From contig OZ024752.1 in assembly GCA_964016885.1 (NCBI GenBank), positions 47,802,001-47,866,000 of the forward strand: a stretch of 64,000 nt of DNA, read 5' to 3'. Each line of letters starts with the position of its first letter. Positions within the stretch are counted from its first letter, which is position 1. The notes below the pieces were generated by a model, which saw only the letters and a list, made by a program, of their open reading frames with translations, made no database searches and was not told the origin of the DNA. This DNA comes from Eledone cirrhosa (taxonomy: Eukaryota). The translations under genes and the position numbers were made by a program. Of this stretch, positions 29,502 to 43,366 are shown one piece after another.

Positions 29502-29942
29502 CACACACACACATATATATACATATATACACACACACACACATTTATATACATATACACACATATATACATATATACACACACACACACACATATATAC
29601 ACACACACATATACACACACACACATATATATATATACATATATACACACATACACACATATATATACACACACACACATATACACACACATATATACAT
29701 ATATACACACACACACACATATATATATACATATATACACACACACACACATATATATATACATATACACACACACATATATATACATATATACACACAC
29801 ACACACATATATACATATATATATATACACACACACACACATATATATATACATATATACACACACACACACATATATATATACATATATACACACCACA
29901 TACACACATATATATACACACACACACATATATATACACATA
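29114..29942. repeat. (CA)n/(TA)n compound microsatellite
   Basis: Directly visible; source of the HT/VC-rich ORFs. Confidence 0.95.
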
Positions 29943-30050
29943 TTTTTCTCCGGATTACTTTTGGAACTACAACTGAAACCGTCGAGCAAACTCTACGTGA
30001 GCTGATAATCTACTGTGTGTAATATTTATATTACAACACAACGGAAAATA

Positions 30051-30111
<61 letters not shown>

Positions 30112-30689
30112 CATATGTGTGTGTGTGTGTCTGCACGTGTGCACACATACACACATACACACACATTTTTACATACATATGTCTTGCTAATGATTGGTGA
30201 CTCTATAGATGTTACTAGCTACATACATATCTTGAATCAATACAAGATTATTATTTTACTGATAAGAATTCTAAAATTGTATTTATTCTGAGGCGCGGCC
30301 ATTTATATTGCAGACGGTGGAACAAAAAGAAACAATGATGAAATAAACACACTAACATATTCCAATATTTGGGAGAGATTTGCAATCAGAAACAGTCGGC
30401 AGAGAACTTTGGTGTCTTTGAGTTTTATAAACTTAATGTTAAAGTAATTCTTTGTCATTAGAATTATGAGCCATACACTACTACATTTTGCTGAAAATAC
30501 TAATGAACTTCTGTTGGTTTTAACAACTATTGCTTGGGAAGAAACCCCACTTCGGCTGCTTGCATTCATCATTGTATTCTTTCGGTCATTGCCCAAGATT
30601 TCTGAGTATATGGCGGCGGATTGGCAGTATCGGTAGAGGATCGGACGCCATGCTTTGCAGCATAGAGTTAGGGCCCTTTACTTTCTGAG

Positions 30690-30845
30690 TACCTACCTCC
30701 CTTTTTCTGATTACAGAATGCTGGAGCTGGTAGATTACTGCACCTACTCCTGCAATTCTTGAACTTAATTCAGCCTCCTGCTTTCCACCACTCATGAATA
30801 CGGCCCCAACAAAAGTTTGAACTTCTCTACCTGCTTCAGTGGAAC
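30690..30845 (-). mobile_element. Decayed RTE (Expander/Rex3-like) reverse-transcriptase fragment
   Basis: With one frameshift reads PLKQVEKFK..GAVFMSGGKQEAELSSRIAGVGAVIYQLQHSVIRKREV, resembling the RTE region QVEEFKYLG...EIDRRIGAA. Confidence 0.6.
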
Positions 30846-31731
30846 TCCAGTTACATGTAGAGTGCACTGCGCAGGATCCTTGAGTGTCTGTTTTCGCAGC
30901 ACTGATTTTCATTCCAGCCATCATGCAGCACTCTATGGCTGGATGCCCTTCCTTATGCCAACCACATCATGTACAGTGTGTGCTGGGTGCTTTTTGCCTT
31001 GATGCCTACACAACCACTTTACAGTGTCAACTAGGTGCTTTTTGTCATGACACCTACATGACAACTTTACATATTTTGAATTTGATACAGAGAGAGAGAG
31101 AGAGAGAGAGAGAGCCACACACACAAATATGTTTAATGACCCAGTGACCGTAAGTTAAACTCCGTTCTACTCGGTGACTCAAAAAACTGCAACAACAGCG
31201 TCACAAAACTATGAACACAAAAGTTTTATTCTATTTCACAAATGGAAAGACATCAAAAAGGAAGGAAGTCACAACAACAACAACACCACCACCACCAACA
31301 ACAACAACGACGACAAATACCAAACAACAACCAAAACAAAACTAGGGAAATGAACACCTTCACTCCCTCCCCATCCATTCCTGAAAACAAAAATCAACCA
31401 AAAGGAAAGAGATACAAACACAAGACAAGAGATGGAGATGGAGAAAAAGAGAGAAAAATAATAACACCATTTGCAACTATTATTATTATTATTTATACAA
31501 AGACCACTAGAATTGTGATTAATTGTTATGTAACTCTAACAATGGCACCATTATGCAAAAGAGCTTTTGCTTTCTCCTGTCTTCCTGAATCTTGTTTGCC
31601 ACTTAACTAATTCTAGAATTTCTATACGACACAACATTTCTAGTATTGTTCACTTATTCATATAAACCATTGGAAAAATAACAAAACAAAAAAAAAAACA
31701 AACAAACTTTCTATTCATCTCTTTCACTCAT

Positions 31732-31779
<48 letters not shown>

Positions 31780-31861
31780 TCCTTCTTTCTTTCTCTCTCT
31801 CCTTCTTTCGCTGCTACTGCCATCGTCTTGGCCATACTTTTGCTTTAGTGTTTGTTGTTCA

Positions 31862-32067
31862 TGTAGTAGTTGCAGTGGTGGTGGTGGTGTTGCTGCTGGT
31901 AGTAGAGGTAGTAGTGGGAGTAGTAATAGTAGTAATGATGGTGGTGGTGGTGCTGGTGGTAGTGGTGGTGGTGCTGGTAGTGGTAGTAGTGGTGGTAGTA
32001 GTAGTAGTAGTAGTATTAGCAGTGGTGGTAGTAGTAGTAGTAGTAGCAGTAGTAGTAGTAATTGTAA

Positions 32068-32107
<40 letters not shown>

Positions 32108-32343
32108 GGTAGTAGTAGTAGCAGTAGTAGTAGTAGTTGTAATGGTGGTGGTAACAGTAGTAGTAGTAGCAGTAGCAGTAGTAGTAGTAGTGGTGGTGGT
32201 GGTAGTAGTAGTGGTAGTAGTGGTGGTGGTGGTAGTAGCAGTAGTAGCAGTAGTAGTAGTAGTTGTAGTGGTGGTGGTAACAGTAGTAGTAGCAGTAGTA
32301 GTAGTAGTTGTAGTGGTGGTGGTAACAGTAGTAGTAGTAGTAG
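31862..32343. repeat. (GTA)n/(GTG)n trinucleotide tract
   Basis: Directly visible; gives the poly-Val ORF. Confidence 0.95.
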
Positions 32344-32419
32344 ATATCGTTTTAGGTGATTTTAATTCACCTATTCTTATTCTTCTGAAGTTATTTTTTT
32401 GATATTCTTATTTACACAC

Positions 32420-32421
32420 AT

Positions 32422-32492
<71 letters not shown>

Positions 32493-32553
32493 CACATATA
32501 CCCATGCTTAAAGATGTTAAACAATGATGATGATATATATCACACACACACAC

Positions 32554-32584
<31 letters not shown>

Positions 32585-32656
32585 CACATATACCCATGCT
32601 TAAAGATGTTAAACGATGATGATATATATCACACACACGCACACACACACACACGC

Positions 32657-32710
<54 letters not shown>

Positions 32711-32779
32711 CCATGCTTAAAGATGTTAAACGATGATGATGATATATATCACACACACACACACACACACGCACACACG

Positions 32780-32826
<47 letters not shown>

Positions 32827-33251
32827 GTTAAAGTGTACATCTACATATGTATACGGAAGTATTAGTATGCATATAAATACACACATGTATACATATGTAC
32901 ATGTACTCAGCTTTTCACTAGACACTTTACAGTGAGTGTCAGCTAGTCTGTATGTAACCACACAGGCGGACCGGGTTTTAGAGTCATACGAGTTTTCAAG
33001 GAAACACATTTCCTCTATTCTCCAGAGGGCCAGACAGGAATATTGGACTAGTTTCGATGTTATTAGATCTCATCAGCAATATTTATCCATCTTCCGGCTT
33101 CTCTGGAGAATTGTAAAAGCACATATCGTTATATGCTTTTTCTATGAAAATTAGTAGTGGGTAGACTAATTTGCATAGAACGTGATATATATATATATAT
33201 ATACACATATACCCATGCTTAAAGATGTTAAACGATGATGATGATATATAT

Positions 33252-33285
<34 letters not shown>

Positions 33286-33462
33286 CATACATATATATAC
33301 ACACATATACCCATGCTTAAAGATGTTAAACGATGATGATGATATATATCACACACACACACACACGCACACACACATACATATATATATATATACACAC
33401 ACATATACCCATGCTGGCATGGAAAATAGACATTAAATGATGACAATGATGATGATGATGAT
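32420..33462. repeat. Tandem repeat of a shortened SINE/RTE tail plus CA/TA tracts, interrupted by a unique island (~32822-33184)
   Basis: cccatgcttaaagatgttaaac(g/a)atgatgat recurs five times. Confidence 0.8.
33017..33111 (-). ncRNA. Type I hammerhead ribozyme with a canonical core
   Basis: AAUAUUG CUGAUGA GAU cuaauaac AUC GAAAC ua GUC CAAUAUU, plus distal stem I pairing AUUCUCCAGAG/CUCUGGAGAAU. Confidence 0.85.
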
Positions 33463-33927
33463 ATATATGTAAATTTCTATTGCTGAAATTACTGTCTGTC
33501 TGTGTTATGAGATTTACAAATATCTGTGTTTATGTCCGAACAAAGACTTTCACAATATTCAGAAGATACTCCCAGGACTATTACACTCTAGTCCTTTATT
33601 GAAGAATTTTTCCTCAAATGTTTTTAACCCTTTTATATACCAACCTGTCCCCCAATCACCTCTCATTCTAAGGAACAAAGCCACCGATTTTAAAAGGTTC
33701 CTATTTAAATAACTAACCATAACATTATGCATATTTAAAAGCTTGCGGTGTTTATGTGAGGTTTGTACAATGGTGCCTAATGAGGGTTAACAACTTCCCG
33801 GCTATGTTTGTAGACACATCTAGGTTGCACAGAAGGACTGAATCAAGGTGTTGTTCTGTTCCTAACTCTGTTTAGGAAGGAAGATATGGGATCTTCAATG
33901 CACACTAAACTCCTCACTAATACCTCT

Positions 33928-34194
33928 CTATACTAACACCTCATTGTAAAGGAAGTACTTAACTATCAAAGATATCTATATCTGAAGATAACGAAGGAAG
34001 TGTGGTAAGGAACCAGGTGGACCATAACGCACCAGAGTAATCAATACTTGGGGTAGTAGAGTGGGTAATAGGAAATTGTTCAAGACCCCGACGGCAGAGC
34101 TCAAGCCGTTTCGATGGCTATTTCTGGACTATATCTGAAGATATAGATATCTTTGACAGTTAAGTAATTCCTTTACAATGAGGTGTCAGCATAG
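33928..34194. mobile_element. Fold-back element (~63-bp arms) enclosing a segment shared with 20064-20226
   Basis: 33928-33990 versus 34132-34194 inverted; interior includes the GAAACGGC..GCCGUC half-hammerhead on the minus strand. Confidence 0.65.
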
Positions 34195-34789
34195 TACCTT
34201 TACAACTGTCAAATATGTGAAAATAAATCATGTGAAATCATGTGAAGATATATGTGAAGATAAATCAAAGATTTTTCTACTAATTTCGACTACTAAGTTT
34301 ATAATTTTAGCTAGGGTGGGAATGGAAGGGAAGTTCCAATGAATATATACAGTCTTCTCATTAAGCTTCCTGTAAAAAGTTTAAAGAAACCTTAAAGGGG
34401 ATTTGATAATGTATCTTGAAAATAAACTAAATATAAAGATCTGGAAATAGAGATAACCAGAATATGTAAACTGAAAACAAACACAATTCATGCAATAATA
34501 GACGCTCTGGGAATGATAAAAAACCCCCACATAAATACATAATACATAACCAAAACTCCAGGAGTTAAAAAAAAAAAACATTGGGTCGTCAAGTATGAAA
34601 TTTGTAGTAAATAAACAAATTTTTACACGTTTCATACTTGACGACCTCATATATATATGGCATACAGATAAAGCACTATTAGGGGCTTCACACACATATT
34701 ACATAAAGTACTTAATATAATAGAAAATACAAAAACAAAACAAGCTTCTCCATTTTACCCTATCATTTGTACCCCCTACCAACTCCATG

Positions 34790-34920
34790 CCTCTCATTTC
34801 CTCTTCCATCATTTTCATCCCTGTTTTTCTTGGTCTTCCTCTTCTCTACTTCCTTCCACATTTCCATCACTTCTATCACCCAATTACTTTTATCCTTTTC
34901 CAATACATGATCCAACCATT
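34790..34920 (-). mobile_element. Highly decayed RTE-like C-terminal fragment
   Basis: Minus strand WLDHVLEKDKSNWV ... RRGRPRKT. Confidence 0.45.
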
Positions 34921-35898
34921 TGAGGGTTTAGTAGTAACTTGGAGCAGAATTCTTTGGCAGTAGCAGAATTTGATTATCAAATATTAACTATTTATTACGA
35001 TGATGAAATAATAAAAATAATAAAAATGACAAAAAAAAAACAAACAAACTAACAAACAAAATAAATATATATAAAAATGCCCCAAAATAAAAAAGAAAAT
35101 TTCAAATTGACGAAAAATTATCAAGTTGGACAATAACAAGTTAATCAAGAAAATAAATACAGAACAATTGATTGGTCTTCAAATAATGTAATAATGAAAG
35201 TTTAATTTGATGCCTTCTCCTGTTGCCCCCTCCCTTCATTGTTATGGCAGATCTTAGTGACAATTTCAAGCCCCCAAACGTTTGAACTGACATACCTTGA
35301 TTTCATTTCTTTTGAGATTTCACTGTTTTATTTTGGATTTACTAAGGTGTCTTAAATAATTAAACACTATCAACACACATACATACATATATATATATAT
35401 ATATACATAGATGCACAATACATACATGTATATACAGATATATACAGAGATGCATATGCATGCATCCATTCTACTGGTAACATCTCTTTTTATCCCTCCT
35501 TTACTTTAAACTTAAATCTGAGCTCTTCTTCATTAATAAAGAACCAACCTCGACTAGGATTAGGTTACATGTACAGAAAAAAAAATTAATTTCAAAATAA
35601 CTTTTATTTTTTTACTTTTGTAGTATTTTAATTAAGACAGAATGGCCAACATCATTAAAGTACTGATCCATTAATCTGGCAGTCACAAGTTCAAATCCTT
35701 CCATTCTCCAGTGCTTATTTTTTGTTTTCTTACTGTTTAATCAGGGAGGGAAGAGCAATTAATGTCCCCGATCCTTTACAAGGACTCTTTGACTAGTGGA
35801 AGGAAAGGAAAATGTTATCCTCAAGGTTCAAATGCTTGCAATAGAGTGCACACTGTTAAAGTCATCCAAAGGTCAGGTGGCATTATTAATCTAAGACA

Positions 35899-36097
35899 GG
35901 GTGGATTGGCAGTGGATTGGCAGTATCGGTAGAGAGTCGGATGCCATGCTTTCCAGCATAGTTACGTCTCTTTACGGTCTGAGTTCAAATCCCACCGAGG
36001 TTAACTTTGCCTTTCATCCTTACGGGGTCGATAAAATAAAGTACCAGTAATGTACTGGGTAATTGCTGGCCTTGTGCCAAAAGTAGAAACAATTATT
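35899..36097 (+). mobile_element. SINE family B with a 17-bp target-site duplication
   Basis: attattaatctaagaca at 35882-35898 and 36092-36108. Confidence 0.9.
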
Positions 36098-36188
36098 AAT
36101 CTAAGACATGAACTCTACCACCAAAGTAAACCACACAGAGATTTGAACTTAGAAGTGCTGGAACAAATACTGCAAAGCCTCCTGTTAT

Positions 36189-36478
36189 GGAGGCATGTAG
36201 CTTAGTGTTAAGGGTGTTGGACTTACAATCATAATGTCGTGGGTTCGATTCCTGGGCTGAGTTGTGTGTTGTATTCTTGAGCAAAACACTTCATTTCACA
36301 TTGCTTTGCTCCAGTATACTCAGCTGAAAATGGGTACCAGCAATAGCTGGGGATCTAAACCTGCAATGGACTGGCGCCCTGTCCAGGGGAAAGTCTTGTA
36401 CTCTCAGTTGCTTTATGCCATGAAACCGGGATAAGCCCTGGCGAAATGAACCTTCTGGGCTTAAGACAGACTTAAGAC
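36189..36478 (+). mobile_element. tRNA-head SINE with a V/Meta-like body
   Basis: B box GGTTCGATTCC; cttgagcaaaacactt; cctgcaatggactggcgccctgtccagggg; gaaaccgggataagcc. Confidence 0.7.
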
Positions 36479-36554
36479 TCCTGTATGATGCTCTGACAAT
36501 TCTGTCAATCAAATGCTGTGGATTGGTATTTTATTATTTTATTGATTTTATTGA

Positions 36555-36747
36555 AGGGCGGTGGATTGGCAGTATCGGTAGAGAGTCGGACGCCATGCTT
36601 TCCAGCATAGTTACGTCCCTTTACGGTCTGAGTTCAAATCCCGTCGAGGTTAACTTTGCCTTTCATCCTTACGGGGTCGATAAAATAAAGTACCAGTAAT
36701 GTACTGGGTAATTGCTGGCCTTGTGCCTAAAGTAGAAACAATTATTT
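36555..36747 (+). mobile_element. SINE family B
   Basis: Full copy; attattttattgatt present on both sides. Confidence 0.9.
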
Positions 36748-36917
36748 TATTGATTCTAAAAGTATGAAACACAGGTACAGCTGTGAGGTTCAAAGATCTA
36801 CATTGTAGTTATATGGTTACTGGTTCAATCCTGAAATTCAATATTTTGGGGGGAAATGTCTTCTAACATAGCCTTAATGAATAAAATTTAGTTACCAACT
36901 ATTATTATAATTATCTG

Positions 36918-37436
36918 TTATGTTGGTCCCACAACATCCAGGCCGAAACAAATGAGATCGTGTAGGTGTCACGACAAAAAAACACACAGTCCTCGCTGTA
37001 AATGTGGCCGTGTAGGCAACACGGTAAAAACCTCCCAGCCCCACACTGTAAATGTGGTTGGTGTTAGGAAGGGCATCCAGCTGTAGAAAACCCGCCAGAC
37101 AGTCCACGCTGTAATGTGGCCATGTAGGCAACACGGTAAAAACCTCCCAGACCCACACTGTAAATGTGGTTGGTGTTAGGAAGGGCATCCAGCTGTAGAA
37201 AACCCGCCAGACAGTCCACGCTGTAAATGTGGCCGTGTAGGCAACACGGTAAAAACCTCCCAGACCCACACTGTAAATGTGGTTGGTGTTAGGAAGGGCA
37301 TCCAGCTGTAGAAAACCCGCCAGACAGTCCTATGCGAGCAAGACAACCACTCTTGCCTCAAGTGGGAAAACCCCCGTCCAAACCCATGCAAGCGTGGAAC
37401 ACGGACGCTAAACCTGATGATCATGATGATGATGAT
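36918..37436 (+). mobile_element. SINE family C with an internal ~115-bp segment triplicated
   Basis: ggaagggcatccagctgtagaaaacccgccagacagtcc occurs three times in tandem before a single tail. Confidence 0.85.
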
Positions 37437-37499
37437 CTGCATTGTGGTAAGAATATTTTCACATTTCCCAATGATTCATGATTCAGCCAAATATGTGCA

Positions 37500-38290
37500 T
37501 ATGTGTGTATATATGTGTATATACATAAATGGAGAGATAGAATGTGTGTGTGCGCATGTATATATGTGTATATATATAAATGAAGAGATAGATAGAGTGT
37601 GTGTGTGCATGTATATATGTGTATATATATAAATGAAGAGATAGATAGAGAGAGTGTGTGTGTGTGTGTGTGCGCATGTATATATGTGTATATATATATA
37701 AATGAAGAGATAGATAGAGAGAGTGTGTGTGTGTGTGTGTGTGCACATGCGTATATGTGTATATAGATAAATGAAGAGAGAGATAGGTAGAGTGTGTGTG
37801 TGTGTGTGCATGTATATATGTGTATATATATAAATGAAGAGATAGATAGAGTGTGTGTGTGCATGTATATATGTGTATATATATAAATGAAGAGATAGAT
37901 AGAGTGTGTGTGCACATGTGTATATGTGTATATATATAAATGAAGAGAGAGATAGATAGAGTGTGTGTGTGTGTGTGCATGTATATATGTGTATATATAT
38001 AAATGAAGAGATAGATAGAGAGTGTGTGTGTGTGCGCATGTGTATATGTGTATATATATAAATGAAGAGATAGATAAAGAGTGTGTGTGTGTGCGCATGT
38101 GTATATGTGTATATATATAAATGAAGAGATAGATACAGAGTGTGTGTGTGTGTGTGTGCATGTGTATATGTGTATATATATAAATGAAGAGATAGATAAA
38201 GAGTGTGTGTGTGTGCGCATGTATATATGTGTATATATATAAATGAAGAGAGAGATAGAGAGTGTGAGAGAGAGAGTGTGAGAGAGAGAG
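37500..38290. repeat. Minisatellite of ~55-62 bp (ataaatgaagagatagatagag(tg)n gcatgt...)
   Basis: About 13 units visible. Confidence 0.9.
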
Positions 38291-38567
38291 TGGAACAGAG
38301 TGAGAAAGAAGGACAAGAAGAAAGAGAGAGTCAAAGAGAAATTATGTCAATAGGAATTCAGTAAATAAAATATTTCTAAGCAGTCATAAAAAGACTAAAC
38401 ATAGGTTTTCCATTTCTATTCAAAGCAAACGCAAATCAAGATATATATTTTAGGTAATATTTATCTTGTTTTATATATATGTACATATATATAAATATAT
38501 GTATGTATATATACACATACATATGTATGTCTATCTCTCTCTCTCTCTATATATATATATATGTATG

Positions 38568-38601
<34 letters not shown>

Positions 38602-38934
38602 CACACACAGACACAAATATACACACACACACATATATATATACACATACACACACACACACACATATATACACACACACACATATATATATATATACAC
38701 ACACACACAAATATACACACACACACATATATATATATATACATATGCACAAATATATACACACACACACATATATATATATACATACGCACATATATAT
38801 ACATCCACACACACATATTTATATATATATATATTTATATATATACATGCATATATATATACACACACACACACATATATATATATACACATACACACAC
38901 ACAAATATATACACACACACACACACAAATATAT

Positions 38935-38972
<38 letters not shown>

Positions 38973-39249
38973 ACTCACATATATATACATACACACACAC
39001 ATATTTATATATATATATATATTTATATATATACATGCATATATATATATATATTCACACACACATAAATATATGTATACAAATGTATGTACATATATAT
39101 ATATATGTGTGTGTGTCTGATGGTTTCCGGAGTACAAAAGTATTTAAGAAGAGAAAGCAATGTTAGTAAAAGAAGGAAGCAGGATATTTCATGTTCCGTT
39201 TAATATATATAATAAGTAAAGGAAAGAGAGAAAGAGAAGGACATAAAAA

Positions 39250-39836
39250 TTATATATCTGTATATAAAATATATATGATAAATATATAGTTTATAAAATA
39301 TAGATGATAAATATATACTATATAAAATATATATAATAAATATGTAGTATATAATATATATATAAATATATAGTATATAAAATATATATAATAAATATAT
39401 AGTATATAAAATATATAGTAAATATATAATATATAAAATATATAGTAAATATATAGTATATAAAATATAATAAATATATAGTATATAAAATATATATAAT
39501 AAATATATAGTATATAAAATATATAGTAAATATATAATATATAAAATATATAGTAAATATATAGTATATAAAATATATATAATAAATATATAGTATATAA
39601 AATATATAGTAAATATATAATATATAAAATATATAGTAAATATATAGTATATAAAATATATAGTAAATATATAATATATAAAATATATAGTAAATATATA
39701 GTATATAAAATATATATAATAAATATATAGTATATAAAATATATATAATAAATATATAGTATATAAAATATATAGTAAATATATAATATATAGAATATAT
39801 AGTAAATATATAGTATATAAAATATATAGTAAATAT
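39250..39836. repeat. AT-rich minisatellite of ~27-30 bp
   Basis: Units of tagtatataaaatatatagtaaata type. Confidence 0.85.
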
Positions 39837-39986
39837 GAAACATGACAAATAATATATATATATACTATATTTAAAAAAAGTAGTAATCAAATACTAAAAA
39901 AAAAATAAATAAACATACCATTATTCTCACAATAAAGAAAAATAATTCTGAAAAATACCCACACACATACGTATGCAGAAATATGC

Positions 39987-40024
<38 letters not shown>

Positions 40025-40077
40025 CTTTATATATATATATATTTATATATATATATATGTGTGTGTATATATATATA

Positions 40078-40112
<35 letters not shown>

Positions 40113-40141
40113 GTGTATATATATATATATATGTGTGTGTA

Positions 40142-40173
<32 letters not shown>

Positions 40174-40375
40174 AATATATATATAACTATATATATATAT
40201 ATACATATATATAAATATATATATATACATATATATATAAATATATATATATACATATATATATAAATATATATATATACATATATATATAAATATATAT
40301 ATAACTATATATATATATACATATATATAAAACTATATATATATATACATATATATATAAATATATATATAACTA

Positions 40376-40427
<52 letters not shown>

Positions 40428-40459
40428 ACTATATATATATATATACATATATATATAAC

Positions 40460-40495
<36 letters not shown>

Positions 40496-40497
40496 AC

Positions 40498-40533
<36 letters not shown>

Positions 40534-40559
40534 CATATATATATACATATATATATAAC

Positions 40560-40683
40560 TATAGTATTAAGGATACTATTTATGGTTATGTATATACTAA
40601 GACCTTTTATAGTTATATATATTTAAACCCTAAATAGTGAAAGACAGTAATTTATTACTACCTTATTACCAGTAAGATAATTT
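40560..40683. repeat. Short dispersed repeat embedded in (TA)n, homologous to 63517-63640
   Basis: atactatttatggttatgta...accctaaatagtg...attactaccttattaccagtaag present in both. Confidence 0.75.
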
Positions 40684-40788
40684 CTATATATATAACTATA
40701 TATATATAGTTATATATATATATATATATATACATATAAATATATATATAACTATATATATATATATACATATAAATATATATATAAC

Positions 40789-40970
<182 letters not shown>

Positions 40971-40975
40971 GATAC

Positions 40976-41024
<49 letters not shown>

Positions 41025-41093
41025 TGTACATATGTATATATATATATGTATATATATATGTATATATATATATATATATACATATATATATAC

Positions 41094-41124
<31 letters not shown>

Positions 41125-41286
41125 CATATATATATACATATATATATATATATAGATATATACATATATATATACATATACATCATCTTCATCATCATTT
41201 TACGACTGCTTTTTGTAAAACATATATACACATACACACACACATATATATCTATGTATATATATATATATGTGTGTATATGTATA

Positions 41287-41412
<126 letters not shown>

Positions 41413-41428
41413 TGTGTATATATATATA

Positions 41429-41500
<72 letters not shown>

Positions 41501-42070
41501 GATATACTTACATACAAAAAAATAACAAAAATTCCTATCATGCAGATATATATAATTTTTATAGTAGTTACTTTAAACGTTCCTTTTATATATATATATA
41601 TTTTTTTTATTTGTTTAATGCTGATTCTCTTTACATTCTGTAGTATATCATCATCATTATTATTATTATTATTATTACTATTCAAGTGCTTTTTGCTATT
41701 GTTTGTTATTGTTATTTTTTGTGCTCTTCTAAAGTTTACACAATTGTCATGACAAGAGATAATAATATTTATATGCTTGTGGAAATTAAAGCACCCCCCT
41801 TACCTATCACCACCACCACCGCCATACCCCTGCCTTGCCGAAATAAATAAGCAGACAAAAAATAGAATAAAACAGCTAAAAAGACAATTAGAAGAATATA
41901 ACTGTGTTTTTTTGTTTTTTTTGTTTTTTTTGGAATAAAGAAAACAGTAAATGTGATAAAAATACAACAAACAACATCAATAACAACTGAATTATTTACC
42001 AGCTTTTAAGCAAGGTTTGTTAAAACAAGGAAATAAGTGATAAAAATGAAGGAATACCACACTTTTAACA

Positions 42071-42119
<49 letters not shown>

Positions 42120-42165
42120 TGTATGGTCTTTGTATTTATTATTATTATTATTATATATATATCTG

Positions 42166-42212
<47 letters not shown>

Positions 42213-42385
42213 CTGTATGTGTATATACATATATATATATATATATATATGTACATATATATATATATATTTATATATATATATATAACTGTATGTGTAT
42301 ATACATATATATCTGTATGTATGTATGTATATATATATATATATATATATATCTGTATGTATGTATATATATATATATCTGTATG

Positions 42386-42424
<39 letters not shown>

Positions 42425-42944
42425 GATAGACTGAAAAAAGTGAAAATGTCAGTTGGAGTTGGAAGGGATTTGGAGAGAGTATAACTAATCTTTGCATATT
42501 ATTTCTGTTTTACAAGATTCCAACTTTTTGTTTGTTGTTTATTATTTGTTGTTTTGTTAATACCGTTATTACGCAATCTCCTACACCCTGCCCTGGTCAA
42601 CTCAAGTGTGCTCTGTTGATGATAATGGGGTTCACTCTTCTTCTTCTGGTTGTTGTCGTCGCTAACTTTCATTGCTATTTATGTCTTCATGCAGTGCAAA
42701 CTTTACAGTAAGCAAGCTGAACACATGAAACAACAACAACAACAACAGCAACAACAACAACATAAAATTAAGTAATCCCAATTTTTGTTTTTAAGTAAAT
42801 ATAAATAAATAAAATAGAACCACCCCACCCCTCACCCCTGATAACTCTATTTTCCTTTATTTATTTATTTATTGTTGTAAATCTGTTGTAAAAAAAAACA
42901 GAAACCAAACTCAACATTTTTTGTTTTTTATTCGAAAACCAAAG

Positions 42945-43366
42945 TGGAATAATATTTAAAGACTAAAGGGGGTAATATTTGAAGACTAAAGAGGGGTAAT
43001 ATTTGGTTTGGAGACCAAAATGGGATAATATTTGGAGACTGAAGCAGGATAATATTTGAAGACAAAAATGGGATAATGTTTGGAGACTAAAGAGGGGTAA
43101 TATTTGAAGACCAAAGGGGCATAATATTTGATTTGGAGACCAAAATGGGATAATTTAATTTGAAGACTAAAGTGGGATAATGTTTAGAGACCAAAGTGGG
43201 GTAATATTTGAAGACTAAAGTGGGGTAATGTTTGGAGACCAAAGTGGGGTAATATTTGAAGACTAAAGTGGGGTAATATTTGAAGACTACAGTGGGGTAA
43301 TATTTGAAGACTAAAGTGGGTAATATTCTATTTGAAGACCAAAGTGGGATAATATCTTATTTGAAG
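42945..43366. repeat. Minisatellite of ~21-22 bp (gtaatatttgaagactaaagtggg-like)
   Basis: Tandem degenerate units. Confidence 0.85.

Noticed and set aside
30290-30600. Unique stretch with a 97-aa minus-strand ORF
   Set aside because: No recognisable motif in the frames examined; cannot be assigned without a database search
42560-42720. Possible minus-strand exon after gtgttcag
   Set aside because: Short frames, no homology and no convincing donor
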